A DNA stretch of 63,534 nt, counting the filler, from Perkinsus chesapeaki ATCC PRA-425 (taxonomy: Eukaryota > Protista > Perkinsozoa): NCBI GenBank assembly GCA_013115145.1. It is 18 parts of 18 records of this genome, joined end to end, with 100 filler letters (N's around TTAATTAATTAA, not from the genome) between each part and the next. Parts side by side here need not be neighbours in the genome. Positions count along the whole stretch, not along the records: positions 20,840 to 27,792 come from JAAPAO010001051.1; positions 27,893 to 30,169 come from JAAPAO010001636.1; positions 30,270 to 34,506 come from JAAPAO010001291.1; positions 34,607 to 39,576 come from JAAPAO010001207.1; 14 more parts are not named here. One strand, written 5' to 3'. The notes beneath the pieces are model-generated. The model worked only from the letters and a program-made list of their open reading frames with translations. It did not search any database and was not told where the DNA came from. Below are positions 25,481 to 37,529 of the stretch, in pieces (within the stretch, counting starts at the first letter, position 1; each line of letters begins with the position of its first letter). The translations under genes were made by a program, and so were the position numbers.

Positions 25481-27144
25481 GGGGAAATACTTAGTAGGAA
25501 AAGCTACCCGATGTCCAGAGTGAGATATATACTGCGTGGTTGCCAAACTGAGGTCCGTAAGCCCATGGTCGGTACGGTGGTGCTGATAAACCCCAGTATT
25601 AGCATCTTGTCAGGTATTACTCAACATTAGTCTTTCCGGCACTGTTTTCGCCCACAGTAATAGGGCGGTATTAGATATCCACCATCTTGTTGGAAATGGT
25701 TCATAATTGATTTCTAACAAGGGTTCTGTATGCAGAGTGAGATAGCGACAATACTTCGGGGACAATATTCTCAACATCTTGGTAATACTCGGAGTCCGAG
25801 TCTCGGACTAACGCGATATTTGGCGATTGTTCATGGATTGGAATATTTAATTTTGCAGTTGTATTTTGCGTACTTAGCTCCTATGCTGCAGCACCTTCGT
25901 TTTCTTTCGCACTCCCCGTGGAGCTTTAATCCCAACTGATGAGGGTGATCGACGGAGAATGACTGAGAGAGACCTAGAGAGGAAGCAATGCTTGCCAAGC
26001 ATCAGTAGTCCAGGCAAGGAAAGCCTAGGAATACCAACACAGAACTAGGAGGACATAAACTTCTGTAGTTTTGCATTAGCTTAGTCACTAAGCTACGCCT
26101 TAGCTAAGCCTCCAGCACTGAGCCTCAACACTGGAGGAACTACTGGCGCAGCACCATCAGGAGCTCAGTTGGTAAATCCTTGTAAATCAAGAACTCAGGA
26201 GGTAGTCCGAAGCAAACTAGCTCTCGACCACCTTGGGTAATCGCGGTACTAGAGAGAGGTACACCGATAATGCAGCATCAACTAAACCGATAAACGAAGA
26301 ACATAGAATAGCTAGAAAAAGAACACCCGTGATATATACGCAGTGCGTATTACGCACGCAACCACATGTGATGCCAAAAGGGACTTTTTGTACGGTAATC
26401 AGCCCGCTGAAAGCATACAAAGAGTACAATGATGAGGAGTATCAACGCATATCTGCTAATTGCCGTTGAACTAGTCTAGTGAAGAAAGATCCACATCTGC
26501 CACCCTTCTAGCGTCCGCCAAATCTGATCCTTCCCACTGGGAAGGATCCTACTGGGGAGCTCCTAGTCGGATTCGCGTACGTTCATACTCCATCGGCGCA
26601 CGAGAAAGGTATCCGCCTAACATTCTTGAGAGATAATGGGTTAACGCACCGCATATGATAGCAATCATGTATCTAAATACGACGCTGATGGCCTGTCAGC
26701 TTTGAAGGCCTGATCGGCTCGTGTTGTCGGGCACGTTGTAGAGAAATGTATCTTGAGAACGCCACGCGCCACACGTGCGCCATAGCCAAAATGGTTGATA
26801 TTCCTCGTCACTGAAGCTTTTTACGTTCTTTGTAGCTGTGGAGAAGTGTAGAATCTTATCAATTATAGTCTTTTGTGAATTCTGCGCTTCGGCTCCTAAC
26901 CTCAAACTCAAATAATCAAACTACTGTACTAGCTGGTTACTGCGCTAGTGTCCGGAAAGCAGCCCATGTTATCGTGGTTCAAAATTCCTTCGCGGGCCCG
27001 GACTCGGTTTCTCCAATTAACCAGTGGGAATGACCCTTCTGGTATTCACCTTCGGTACTAGTGAGTCGGCGGAAATGATGAACTGCAGCCAATACTTTTG
27101 CTTTTTCAGTTTTCTTGATTATCAGTATTATATCAGTCTCATAG

Positions 27145-27792
27145 ATGTTATCTAAGCTTCTCCTCTCCGTGGTGGCTGCGCCCATTTTGGGCGCATATGC
27201 ACCTCCGGTTTATCAACCAACATACGCATGAAGGTTACCACTAAGAACTACTGCAACCGTGATCTGGTTGATGCCGACGGCAACCCTGCACCTTGTGGTA
27301 TTTCCCAATCAATGGAGACTTATGGCCTCACCCTTCCTGGTATGGATGACGGTACTCTTACTACTAGAGAGGATATCATCATTGCCACTGATGGACAGGT
27401 CTCTGTTAAAGCTATGCCCAACTACCCCTATCAATACTTCATGACCGTTAACTCTGCTCAGTTCAAGAGAGTCGAGCAGTTGTACGATCATCAGTCTTTA
27501 CTGCTCTCCGAAGCTCCTGATACATTCTATGCCGATAATGTCCCAAGTGGTACAGCTATGGGCGTGGCAGGCTTGATAGAGCAAGGTTGGGTATATGAGG
27601 AAACAGACTACTCCAAGGGTACCGCAATAAGCAAGTTCTCTAGAAAAGGGCCAGAAGGTGTTGATCCCATAGACGGAACCAACTACACAGCTATTTACCA
27701 GTCTGGTCTGATGCCCGATACTTGGGTGCTCTATTTTGACGAGTCTACTCAACAACCAGTGAAGCTTTTGGCGGTGGCCACATACGTTGGGA
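27145..27792 (+). CDS. Secreted protein, paralogue of 47669-49309 (3'-truncated; 1-nt frameshift near 27208)
   Basis: NYCNRDLV...SMETYGLTLPGMDDG.LTTREDI aligns with RYCNLDLV...AMETMGLVLPGMDDG..LTTRQDL. Signal peptide MLSKLLLSVVAAPILGAYA starts at ATG 27145, one base out of frame. Confidence 0.8.
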
Positions 27793-27894
27793 NNNNNNNN
27801 NNNNNNNNNNNNNNNNNNNNNNNNNNNNNNNNNNNNTTAATTAATTAANNNNNNNNNNNNNNNNNNNNNNNNNNNNNNNNNNNNNNNNNNNNCT

Positions 27895-30169
27895 CGGGCC
27901 GCACTGCCTAAACCGGCCGCGGAGAGGAGAGCTCTTCCAAGAGACCCCAAGGAAGTCTGTCGTAATCACTTGAAAGGGCGCTGTTTCCGAGGTGAACGGT
28001 GTCGGTTCCGTCATATTGATAAGGAGGCTTGCCGCTTCTGGGCGGAGCGCGGTCGGTGTGATTTTGGCGAGAGCTGCCGATTCAAGCACTCTTCGGAGTC
28101 GTCGTCAAGGACCCCTCCATCGGGCGACAGGCCGTCCGCTCCATCTGGGGGACGCCGACCCGAGCAGCTTCATGCTGTGGTTGAAGATGAGGCCGCTGGG
28201 GGCGAGGATGAAGAGGTCCAAAGAATCTGGGCAGTGTCGGAGCACAAGGAACTGACTGATGCTGCCACACCTAAGCAGAGCGGGCCTATCCTGAGGTTGA
28301 GATTCCCTGATGGTGCGCCTGCCCTTCCCGCCTTGCTCGACAGTGGCGCTGTGAGGAACTATGTCACCGCCGAAGAGGCCAAGATCAGAGGTTGGACTAT
28401 CGAGCCGGTTACGGCGTACGCAAGGCTGGCCAACAACCAAAAAATCCATCTCACAGGGAGAGCCTCAGCTCGGGTGATCGTCGACGGCGAGGAGAAGGAT
28501 GTTGTCTTCTATATTATCCCTCGGGAGAGTGGACATGCATTGGCACCGCCATGTATCCTGGGGGTGAGGTCTATGTGTGATTTGGGAGTCTCCTTACAAT
28601 TTGCTTGCAAGGATGGCGATCGGTATGTTGTTGTCAAGCAGTCCAGCTACGCCACGCCTTGTCCTGAAGGTATCCTTTCTAAGCACTTAGCACCCCAGAC
28701 ATCCCCGTGCGACCCACAGCTGGGCGGCCAGGAGATCATGGTCCTTGGGGAAACATTGAGTATCGTGGCCAGCAAGGCCGACGATGAGGAGGCCCTATAC
28801 TGCCTTGGAGAACGTTCAGTCGAAGCAGATGGTGTTCAGAGCGAGGAGTCTCCGCTGGAGGTCACCGCAAATCTTTCGGAGGGGAGGAAAACTCTCGGCT
28901 TCGAATGGCAACCGGTGAGAGCAGCGCCAGACTATTCTGTCCGTCTGAGGCAGCTGGACAGTTCTGAGGTCCGAGATTGCGAGGGTCAGACACACGCTGT
29001 AGAGGCCACCTGGGACATGAGCGTTCATAGGCACTCGCATGGCTGTCAGGGCACCACAAAAAGGGTTTTTGACTATTCCACGGGGCTCTATAACCGGCTT
29101 GGCGCCGATCAACAGGCCGCTTTCGACGCGGAGATTGACAAGTTCACGAGTCGTGGATGGTGGGAACCTGGTCAGGAGGAGGCCCAAGACCCAGCGGGTG
29201 CGATGATACCGGAAGCGATTGCATTCCCAGTCGTGCAGGGCAAAAAGACGCGCCCATGCGTCGACATGAGACGGGCAAACAGTGGCTTTCCGGCAAGTTC
29301 CTACTCTGGCCAGTCCTGCAGCGTCATCCTGGCGCAACTCAGGGTGGCCATTGCTCAAGCTTCGATGAAGGCGAGAGCGTCTAATGCTGGGTCTCGACTA
29401 GCAATGGTGGTGATGGATGCGGAAACTGCCTTCTATCGGGTCCGGTTGTCTGGTATCACAGCCCAAGTTCGGTGTTTGGGGCACCGTTATAAGGTTGGCC
29501 GGCTCCTTTTTGGTCACCGGGCAGGCCCCGCCATTCTCGAGGAGGCCATGTCGCGTTTGATCAGCGCGGCTGTGAGAAAGGTCAGGCAGGACGGTATGGG
29601 GCCCTCCGACGTTCCCCTGTGCTATTGGGCATACGTGGACGACCTCACTCTTCTTGGCGAGATATCAGCAGTTAAGCGGCTTTATAGCGCTATTGTTTCG
29701 GTTGGCGCCAGTTGGGGATTCACCTTCTCAGAGAACAAGACCCACACCATCACCTTTACTGTGGACGGCCACTGCAACGAGTTCAAGGACTTCCGGCACC
29801 TCGGCGTTCAGTTCGCTTGTGTGCCGTGTGAAGGTGGACAGACAATCCGCCTGCGATGTGTACCCCCTTCATTCTCAGCCCAGACGGTTGTCGAGGGCGC
29901 TATGGTAAGTAAGAGAGAGGCTTTTCGGTGGGCGGGCGCAGGCTACGACGTCTTGGGGTTACACCCCGAGGGGTCGCTGGCCGCAGATTTGATCCGCCGC
30001 GTTGCTGGCAAGTGGCCGACCTCATCGTGGGATGAGAAGACAGCAGCAAGTGCAGACGACGCGAAGACCATCACAATCGGATGCGCAGTCCTGGCGAAGC
30101 GCACGGCCCACTGTGAGCACTCTATCTCTTTCTCCGCCGACACTCTGACCATACGAACGGATGCCTCTC
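27895..30169 (+). mobile_element. Intact gag-pol fragment of a retroelement with two CCCH zinc fingers, aspartic protease, divergent RT and start of RNase H
   Basis: Single open frame across the contig: CRNHLKGRCFRGERCRFRH, CRFWAERGRCDFGESCRFKH, LLDSGA, RPCVDMR, DAETAFY, LFGHRAGP, YVDD, RTDAS. Confidence 0.88.
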
Positions 30170-30269
30170 NNNNNNNNNNNNNNNNNNNNNNNNNNNNNNN
30201 NNNNNNNNNNNNNTTAATTAATTAANNNNNNNNNNNNNNNNNNNNNNNNNNNNNNNNNNNNNNNNNNNN

Positions 30270-30340
<71 letters not shown>
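30270..30340 (+). repeat. (TTA)n microsatellite
   Basis: Seen directly at the contig start. Confidence 0.97.
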
Positions 30341-30342
<2 letters not shown>

Positions 30343-30382
30343 TCAATCCGCTATTACTATTCATATAGTTTTGTACTACTTT

Positions 30383-31633
30383 ATGGTACCTTCACTACAT
30401 TCCTCATTTTATACACCATTATTAGATACAACATCAAATGTAGTACATAGGTTAATTAATGTAGCTAAACAGCATTGGAAGATATCATTAAGTGTCTATA
30501 CTATTACATTGATAACATCAGCATCATTAACAGGGCAATGGTTGCGTAAACGTGGTAATAGGAAGAAGCTTATAGCTGATATAAGACAACTACTACCTAA
30601 AATAGAATTGCATTATCATTTGCATGGTTCTATTAGGCGATCGACGTTATCTGAATTAATAATTAATAAAACTGGTGGTAATGGCGGTATAATAGGGAGT
30701 AATAGAGAAGTAACCTTAAAAGAGGCTTTTAACTTATTTAATCTAATATATGAAGTTATCAATGATTCTATAACATTAAGACGTATAATAAGGGAAGCAT
30801 TAACTGATTGTTGTAATGATGGTGTTATTTATCTTGAGCTTCGTACTACACCACGACCATTAACTGACTTACCAACGAGGAGGGATTATATTGATGTATT
30901 AGTAGAAGAGATTGATAGATGGGAATCTAATAATAATAAACAAGGCGGCAGTGGTGATTCAATGGATATAAGGTTAATATTAGGGTTAGATAGAGCAGGA
31001 ACAGTTGATGCTAATAAAGATATAATACAATTAGCAACAGTATGGAAGGCTAAAAGACCACATCTATTTGTAGGGATTGATTTAGCTGGTAATCCTATTA
31101 AAGGTGATGCTAGAGATTTCATGTAAGAAGTATTATTATTAATACTTGTTATTATCATTATTAGGCCCCTACTTGAACGTGCTCGTGGACATGGATTGAA
31201 GATAACAACTCATATAGCAGAATTACCTGATAAGGATGATGAGACTGATGCAATATTAAAGTTTAAACCTGATAGATTAGGGCATGCATTATGGGTTGAT
31301 GATAGACAAAAAGATTATATTATTAATAATAATATTGGTATTGAAATATGTCCAACTTCTAATAAATGTACTTTACAATTGAATAGTTTATCGCATCATC
31401 CATCTATGTTAACATGGTTAACTAATGCTCATAAGGTATGTATATGTACTGATGATACTGGGGTATTCTCAACATCATTAAGTAATGAAATTATTAATAC
31501 CTGTCAAACATGGAATCTATCTCATTTGGACGCTGTATTATTGCAGCTGAGAGCTATAGATATGGCATTCTGTGATGAGAATACTAAAACACGTTTAAGA
31601 GACAAGATTCATAAGTCACTTCTGGGTAAATGA
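30383..31633 (+). CDS. ADAL: Adenosine deaminase-like protein (ADAL/MAPDA, N6-methyl-AMP deaminase type); intron 31123-31164
   Basis: ELHYHLHGS, YLELRTTPR, GIDLAGNP, HIAE, RLGH, EICPTSN, ICTDDTGVF motifs. The GT-AG intron restores DFM-PLLERAR. Confidence 0.85.
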
Positions 31634-31852
31634 TGATGCCTTCGTTTTCTTTTGGGAAATACTTATATCCCTCTGTATTGTGTATAAGATGGCTTTGCTG
31701 TATTATTATTATTATCATTTACATGACAGCTGCTTGCATACGTGATATCACCAAACTGCAGCTTGCTGCTCGTTTCTAGTATTCTTAGTACTTGAAGTAG
31801 TAATGTCGCGTTGTTATTATTGTTATAAAGTGTTATGGTGTTTTATCCTTTG

Positions 31853-32411
31853 ATGGATTCTACTACCACTGCTATCGGTAGTAATGAGAATAATGATGAA
31901 GTAGTAGACTCAATGGACGGTAGTAATGATGATGATGATGATGATGTGTTAAAGGATGTTGAGTTAATCCTATATAACATATCACTTGTCGATATACATA
32001 TATTTCAGTTTTATAATAAAACACTACACTGGATATTTCAATAGTATGCAAGTCATCGGTCGTGATAAAGTTAGTGTTACATTTCGTTTAGTAAGTCCAT
32101 AAAGATATAATGTATCATCATAATGGTATTAGATACCACAAAATGATATAAATAGAGTTATTGTAGCTATTTTAACAAGATCACACTTCATCATTGAAGA
32201 TGACTCTAAAAATGAGTTGCTCAAGCGAAGGTGATGAATAGTAACACTGTAGTCTTGTGATGATTATTATTCTATGTGTTATAGGTTTGAGACAATTGAA
32301 CAGTTGTTATCAGCTGTTATGGGATCACAACATTTTGGTGATATGTTAAATAACATGGTAACCTCTCGTTTAGAGAGTATTAGTATTGAATCACATGATG
32401 ATAGTGATTGA
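31853..32411 (+). CDS. Small acidic multi-exon protein, GSKIP/DUF727-like
   Basis: Acidic N-terminus, exons MQVIGRDKVSVTFRL and IPQNDINRVIVAILTRSHFII, final exon FETIEQLLSAV...FGDMLNNMVTSRLESI. The last resembles the remembered GSKIP ET.Y.LL...S......F...L..RL pattern. Exon structure partly inferred. Confidence 0.45.
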
Positions 32412-32568
32412 CGATATCTATTGATCTACATATTTACATTATATTCATACCTAACATGCACCATTATTAACCATTACCCTATTGGGCATTATATTTCATA
32501 GTAAATGTGTTTTAGATTATAGTAGATATTGAGTTATTAAGTGAACATATAACTAAACAAGTAAAGTA

Positions 32569-33264
32569 TTATGGGAACATATCATATATGAGATCTACTA
32601 ACCTTTCCATCCCATCAGGTTTATTGTATATTTTAAGGTTAGGTAAAGCCTGTATTAAACTAGTAATAGTATTATCAAGTTCATCTGGACTATTTGCTAC
32701 TAATGCATACGGTCTCATAGCATTAGCTAATTCATGTTGGTGATTATCCATTAATAATGAATTACACACAACACACAATACAGGCCTCCTTCTCTTATCC
32801 CTCCCTCTTCTACTTCGTGATACCTATTATACCATTAACAGCAACAACAACACCACCATAACATCATAAACATGTTATCTTACTGATAAAGTTTCCATAA
32901 TACTTCCAGCACCTGCATGGCTTATTACCACATCAGCATTCTCTATATCATCATTTATACCTAATACACTGAGTCTAATAATAACAGCAATCCTTGAATA
33001 ATCACCCTCGGCTTTTAAAGCATAACCATCAAGTGTTATCCCCAATGTATTAGCCATCTCCTTAGCTCTTTGAAATGTTTCAAGTGTTTCTATTGATTCA
33101 GTATTACCATATTGTATTAGAACATGTGTTGTACCAAGTTCATCATGTAAAAGTGTAAGGAAATGACGTTGACAGATATGTTGTATAAGATTATCAAATT
33201 TAGTAGTTCCAACGGTAACAAATACTTTAGGGAAGGTTAGGGCCATTATATCTTTCATACTCAT
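32569..33264 (-). CDS. ALG13: UDP-N-acetylglucosamine transferase subunit ALG13 (multi-exon)
   Basis: VFVTVGTTKFDNLI, VISHAGAGSIME and LMDNHQHELA are glycosyltransferase family 28 C-terminal/ALG13 motifs. Confidence 0.92.
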
Positions 33265-33367
33265 TTAATTATTATTACTGATAATTATTACAATAGTAAA
33301 CACAATAATAAATACAGTTGAAAAATTGTTACACCACCAGCACCACCTTGTGTATAAGATTGTATTA

Positions 33368-34345
33368 TCACAGAAATGATAGGATATACATTGTTGTTTG
33401 TGGTAAACGATATGTTGCTGATTGTGTATTAGATGTAAATGCTAACTTTCGTAATACACCAGCTAAAACTGGATTCCACTCGCAATCTACTGGTAATGTG
33501 CCAACCCTAGGAGTAATAATAACAATAATAAATACTACTAATAATATGTTATATAAGCTTACGCATCTGTTAATGATTTGCCATCATTAAGGGCATTCCT
33601 TACTGTAGCAGGTATTAATGTAGCTCTACCTTGTTGTACTAAAGCTAAACCCTTTACCAGATCTTTAACTTTAGGCCACCATATAGGACCGGATACACAT
33701 ATTGAATAAATACGTCTACCACATCCATTAGGGAACTCTAGCCTTATATACCTTAACAACGATATTACATGTTCACAATATACAATATTAAAATAACCCA
33801 TACTCTCCCATATACCTATTACTTCACCATTATTGGTTGATGTCTATGCATTTCCAATACTTTAGGATTATGTAATGCTGGGTTACCACGGTTAAGGTTA
33901 CCAACACGTGGTATTGGAGCCTATAAAACGTATATGTGGTCATACATGTCGGTCAGTGTGGTGGTGAGCTTACATAAAGTGTACCAGAGTCCATAAATGG
34001 GAAAAAATCAACACCATTAAGTGAGTAGGTAGGATACACTCTACGACCAAAGTTACGGTCCCATGGTGAATACCTAATAAATTTAATAAGGATATATTAT
34101 AATATGGAATGAAGTATTACATAAACGCAATAACATCAACTAATCTTGGATCACTAAGTTGAATATATATCTTAGGACGAGGCTCCCAACCGGACATATC
34201 ATCATCGGACTCTTCTTCTTCTTGATCATTCCACCATTGTGGATTATCATTATCAGGATCAGGTAAGAATGTACTACTACCAACATCATCATGTATCTCT
34301 GGTATAGCCTCGTCGTATATATGTTGTAATTGTGAACCAGTTACT
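33368..34345 (-). CDS. Hypothetical multi-exon protein (5'-incomplete)
   Basis: Coding-like segments bounded by GT/AG: PDNDNPQWWNDQEEEESDDD, YSLNGVDFFPFMDSGTLY, GPIWWPKVKDLVKGL. No family recognised. Confidence 0.5.
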
Positions 34346-34380
34346 GGTAAATCATGTGATGTTATTGCTTGGAATATACC

Positions 34381-34506
34381 TATACAACATACACTATACT
34401 ACCCTATACAACATACACTATACTACCCTATAAAACATACACTATACTACCCTATACAACATACACTATACTACCCTATACAACATACACTATACTACCC
34501 TATACA
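34381..34506 (+). repeat. 24-bp minisatellite (tatacaacatacactatactaccc), at least 5 copies running into the gap
   Basis: Seen directly. Confidence 0.95.
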
Positions 34507-35720
34507 NNNNNNNNNNNNNNNNNNNNNNNNNNNNNNNNNNNNNNNNNNNNTTAATTAATTAANNNNNNNNNNNNNNNNNNNNNNNNNNNNNNNNNNNNNN
34601 NNNNNNTGTGATTACAATTACACTAGCTTACGCTAAGATACCATCACAAAAAGGGACACAACACAAACTCATCACACGTCCTGGGTAAGTGGCATTTTCC
34701 TATCTTCAGTTTCTGGGCCTAACTCACGATGAGCTGCCCTCAAGGCGGCTTTGAGAGCAAATTCCTCTGCTGGAGAAAAGGTAAAACCAGAAGAGGAGTT
34801 GCACGACTTCAATGCCTTCACATAAGTAGTAACCGAAGAGAACTTATAGCCACCCGAAGAGACCATGGAGTAAATGAACTCTAGAAGTCTCTTAATCTGT
34901 AGTGGAAATGGCGCTTCGGGTATAACGAACCTGGTATATATTGAGGAAATGGAACCATAATTAGCTTGGGTAGATGCAGCTAACGATCATTGCAAGAACT
35001 TTTCAACAGCTTCGGATGAAGGTCGAACTTCTAAAACTGCTGCTGAGCGAACCCGTTTACTTGAGTTACTCCGAAGACCTGGAAAAAGAAAAATTTGTCC
35101 ATGAGAAATCTGGGACAACTCTCAACCAATCCGACGGAGGAGTAGACGATTTTCGAGAGAGAGCATCAGCTAACACATTCTCTTCAGTAGTGATGTGGTA
35201 GACCGTTAAATAAGGGAGTAACTGGGGCATGAAAACGCATGCTCTTTTCAGCAGGCGTTGCAGAGTAGTAGATTGACTGTACATTTTTCCCAAAATCTTG
35301 ACCACTCCTTCATTATCGCATTGTAAAACAACGCGCATAGGGGCAAAGTCAGGACGGTGAAGAAAGGCCAAATAGAGTGTGGTGAGGGCGGTGAATGATT
35401 CAAGAGTACACATGTCCGGCGGACATGTGTACTCTCAGACGTTGCCTCCCGGGGGGGGGGGCGGGGGGGGGGGGGGGGGGGGGGCACCGAGCGAAAAAGG
35501 GGGAGTTTTTTTAATGACAAAACGAGGCGAAAAGGCGGCCCGCGCGGGCCGGGGGNNNNNNNNNNTTAATTAACACACCACACACCGCGCCGGCCGCTTT
35601 TTAAACCACCCCCGGGGCCCCCCCCACCGCGGCCAATTGCCCCCGGCGCCCAGGGAGGCAACGTCTCGAAAAGGAGACTTTTAATATCAGGACTAAGCTC
35701 GACTAGAGAGCGACGCTCTC

Positions 35721-36465
35721 TAGGCGTCGCAATTTCACTAAGTCTCGCTCTCGGCCGCCCGGCACCGCAGATCTCGGGCCTCTAATTTTCAAACAAGGGC
35801 CGTGACATATAAACGTGGGCCGCTCTATGCTGTGGGTTACGAGTCGTGACTCACGACTCTTAGATCGTGAATCCCTGACGGATACTGATAGAAGCGATTT
35901 GTCTTGGGGATAAAAGATAAGCGGCCGTACAGGGACCTGGGAAGAGCCGCTGATAGAATCACGACGAAGAAGAAGAGCATATCCCCAGGATATTATCCCG
36001 CTCTTTCCATTCTCGGAATGTATAGAGTCCTTACGACGGACATTAGTGATGATAAATGCGGACATTTTCATCTCAATGAATGTAATTAGTGGATACCGGT
36101 AGCCTGCCAAAATAAGCCTTGTATACACTCTGCTCGTGTCCGTGCCTGCAGGCTTCGGTAGGAGTGTCCGCGCCATGTGCGCGCCACGAGAGTCACATTA
36201 TGTGACACATTGATGCGTGCGCGTATACTCGTGTATCATACAGTACCACTGGACTCCAGTGACTGGAGTTAGACTATGCATTGGTAGGAGAATCCAAAGG
36301 CCGCCCGTATGTTTTCGGGTAATGCCGGGTGAAGTGATGGGCTGCCCGGCAGTGCCGGGTAAGTCCGGGCAGCACCGCGGACTGCTCGGCAATCGCCGGG
36401 CATTGCCGGGTAAAGTTACGAGCCGCCCGGCAGTTGCCGGGCTGCCGGGCGGGTTGCGACGCCTA
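35721..36465. mobile_element. MITE-like insertion with 12-bp terminal inverted repeats TAGGCGTCGCAA / TTGCGACGCCTA
   Basis: Perfect inverted repeats at 35721-35732 and 36454-36465 (or 10-bp TIR plus TA). The right end coincides with the break in the RNase H frame. Many GCCGGG/CCCGGC subterminal motifs. Confidence 0.6.
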
Positions 36466-37358
36466 CGGAGAGCGTGACCAATAAGTCCAGGACCCATTTG
36501 GGTAACGCCAGAAGCCAGCCAGGGCAGTTAAAGAAGCATCACAGCCTATAACACAGCACTCCATGACGGGGTTGACCTCATGTTCAACAACCACAAAATT
36601 CACCGGAACGCATCGAAGAAAATGCTCCACAAAATTAGGTCTTTGCGCAAGAGTTTTGGGAGACGAATTGACCTCAATGACTTCTTATTCATAAGGGAGA
36701 TTGCCCTATAAGAACTTGCAAGGTAAGCCTTTAAAGCCGGGAAGCACTGGAGAACCCAAATTAGCTGACCCGTTATCGACGAGCATTTTTGCAAAGATAT
36801 AGATCCTTTGGATAACACTTGATGGATAGATTTGGTTAACGACTTGACTTTGTCAAGCGGGACCGAAACTAATGCACCGGGAGATTGCGAGTCAAGTGTT
36901 ATGATCATACCGAGAAATTTCTGCGCCGGGCCAAACGACAATTTGTCATAGGCTAGATCAAAGCCTGCGAGCTTCCAGATGAGTAAAACAAGGGTCATGG
37001 CAGCTCTTAAAGACATTTTGTCTCCTACACAATACAGATCATCGACATAAAGCAGAGTGGACAATGGGCCAAGCTCCCCAGAATGCGACCAAGATCTTAA
37101 AAGGTGCAAAATGGTGCGCTGTATCGCACCAGCTATTCTAGAGAACACATAAGGAGAGGCACGGTGGCCAAAGGCCAATCTCTCATGTCGGTAAATAGTG
37201 GAGCCACATTTGATATTAAGATTCTCTACCTCCCAAGGGGAAATCCCGACATAACGGAAGGCAGACTTTAAGTCCATAACGAAGGCAGAGCCAACTAAAT
37301 TACGCAATTGTGCCTCTTTGAGCCACCATCTCAACAGCAAACGGACATCTGAGAACCT

Positions 37359-37529
37359 TTGGAGCCTCCCAAGGTTCTCAGATGTCCGATGGCGCGCTAC
37401 CACGCGCCTTGCCCCGCCTCAGGGCACACGCGCCTAGGGGAGGGTGGGTTCCCAAACGCGCGCCTGTAGGCGCGCCCCAAACGCCTGGCGAAAACCCTGG
37501 GTTTTCGCCAGGACCCTTGTCCCTCCCAA
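37359..37529. repeat. 171-nt fold-back (hairpin-chain) insertion within RT
   Basis: Removing it restores TLSLP-RFSDVRLL in frame. It contains inverted copies of both flanks and further perfect hairpins. Confidence 0.9.

Noticed and set aside
35451-35650. Poly-G/C tracts as a G-quadruplex element
   Set aside because: They flank a gap and look like degraded read ends in a hairpin, so the base calls are unreliable.
37359-37529. The in-frame 171-nt insert as an intron
   Set aside because: No GT-AG, GC-AG or AT-AC boundaries in any permissible register.
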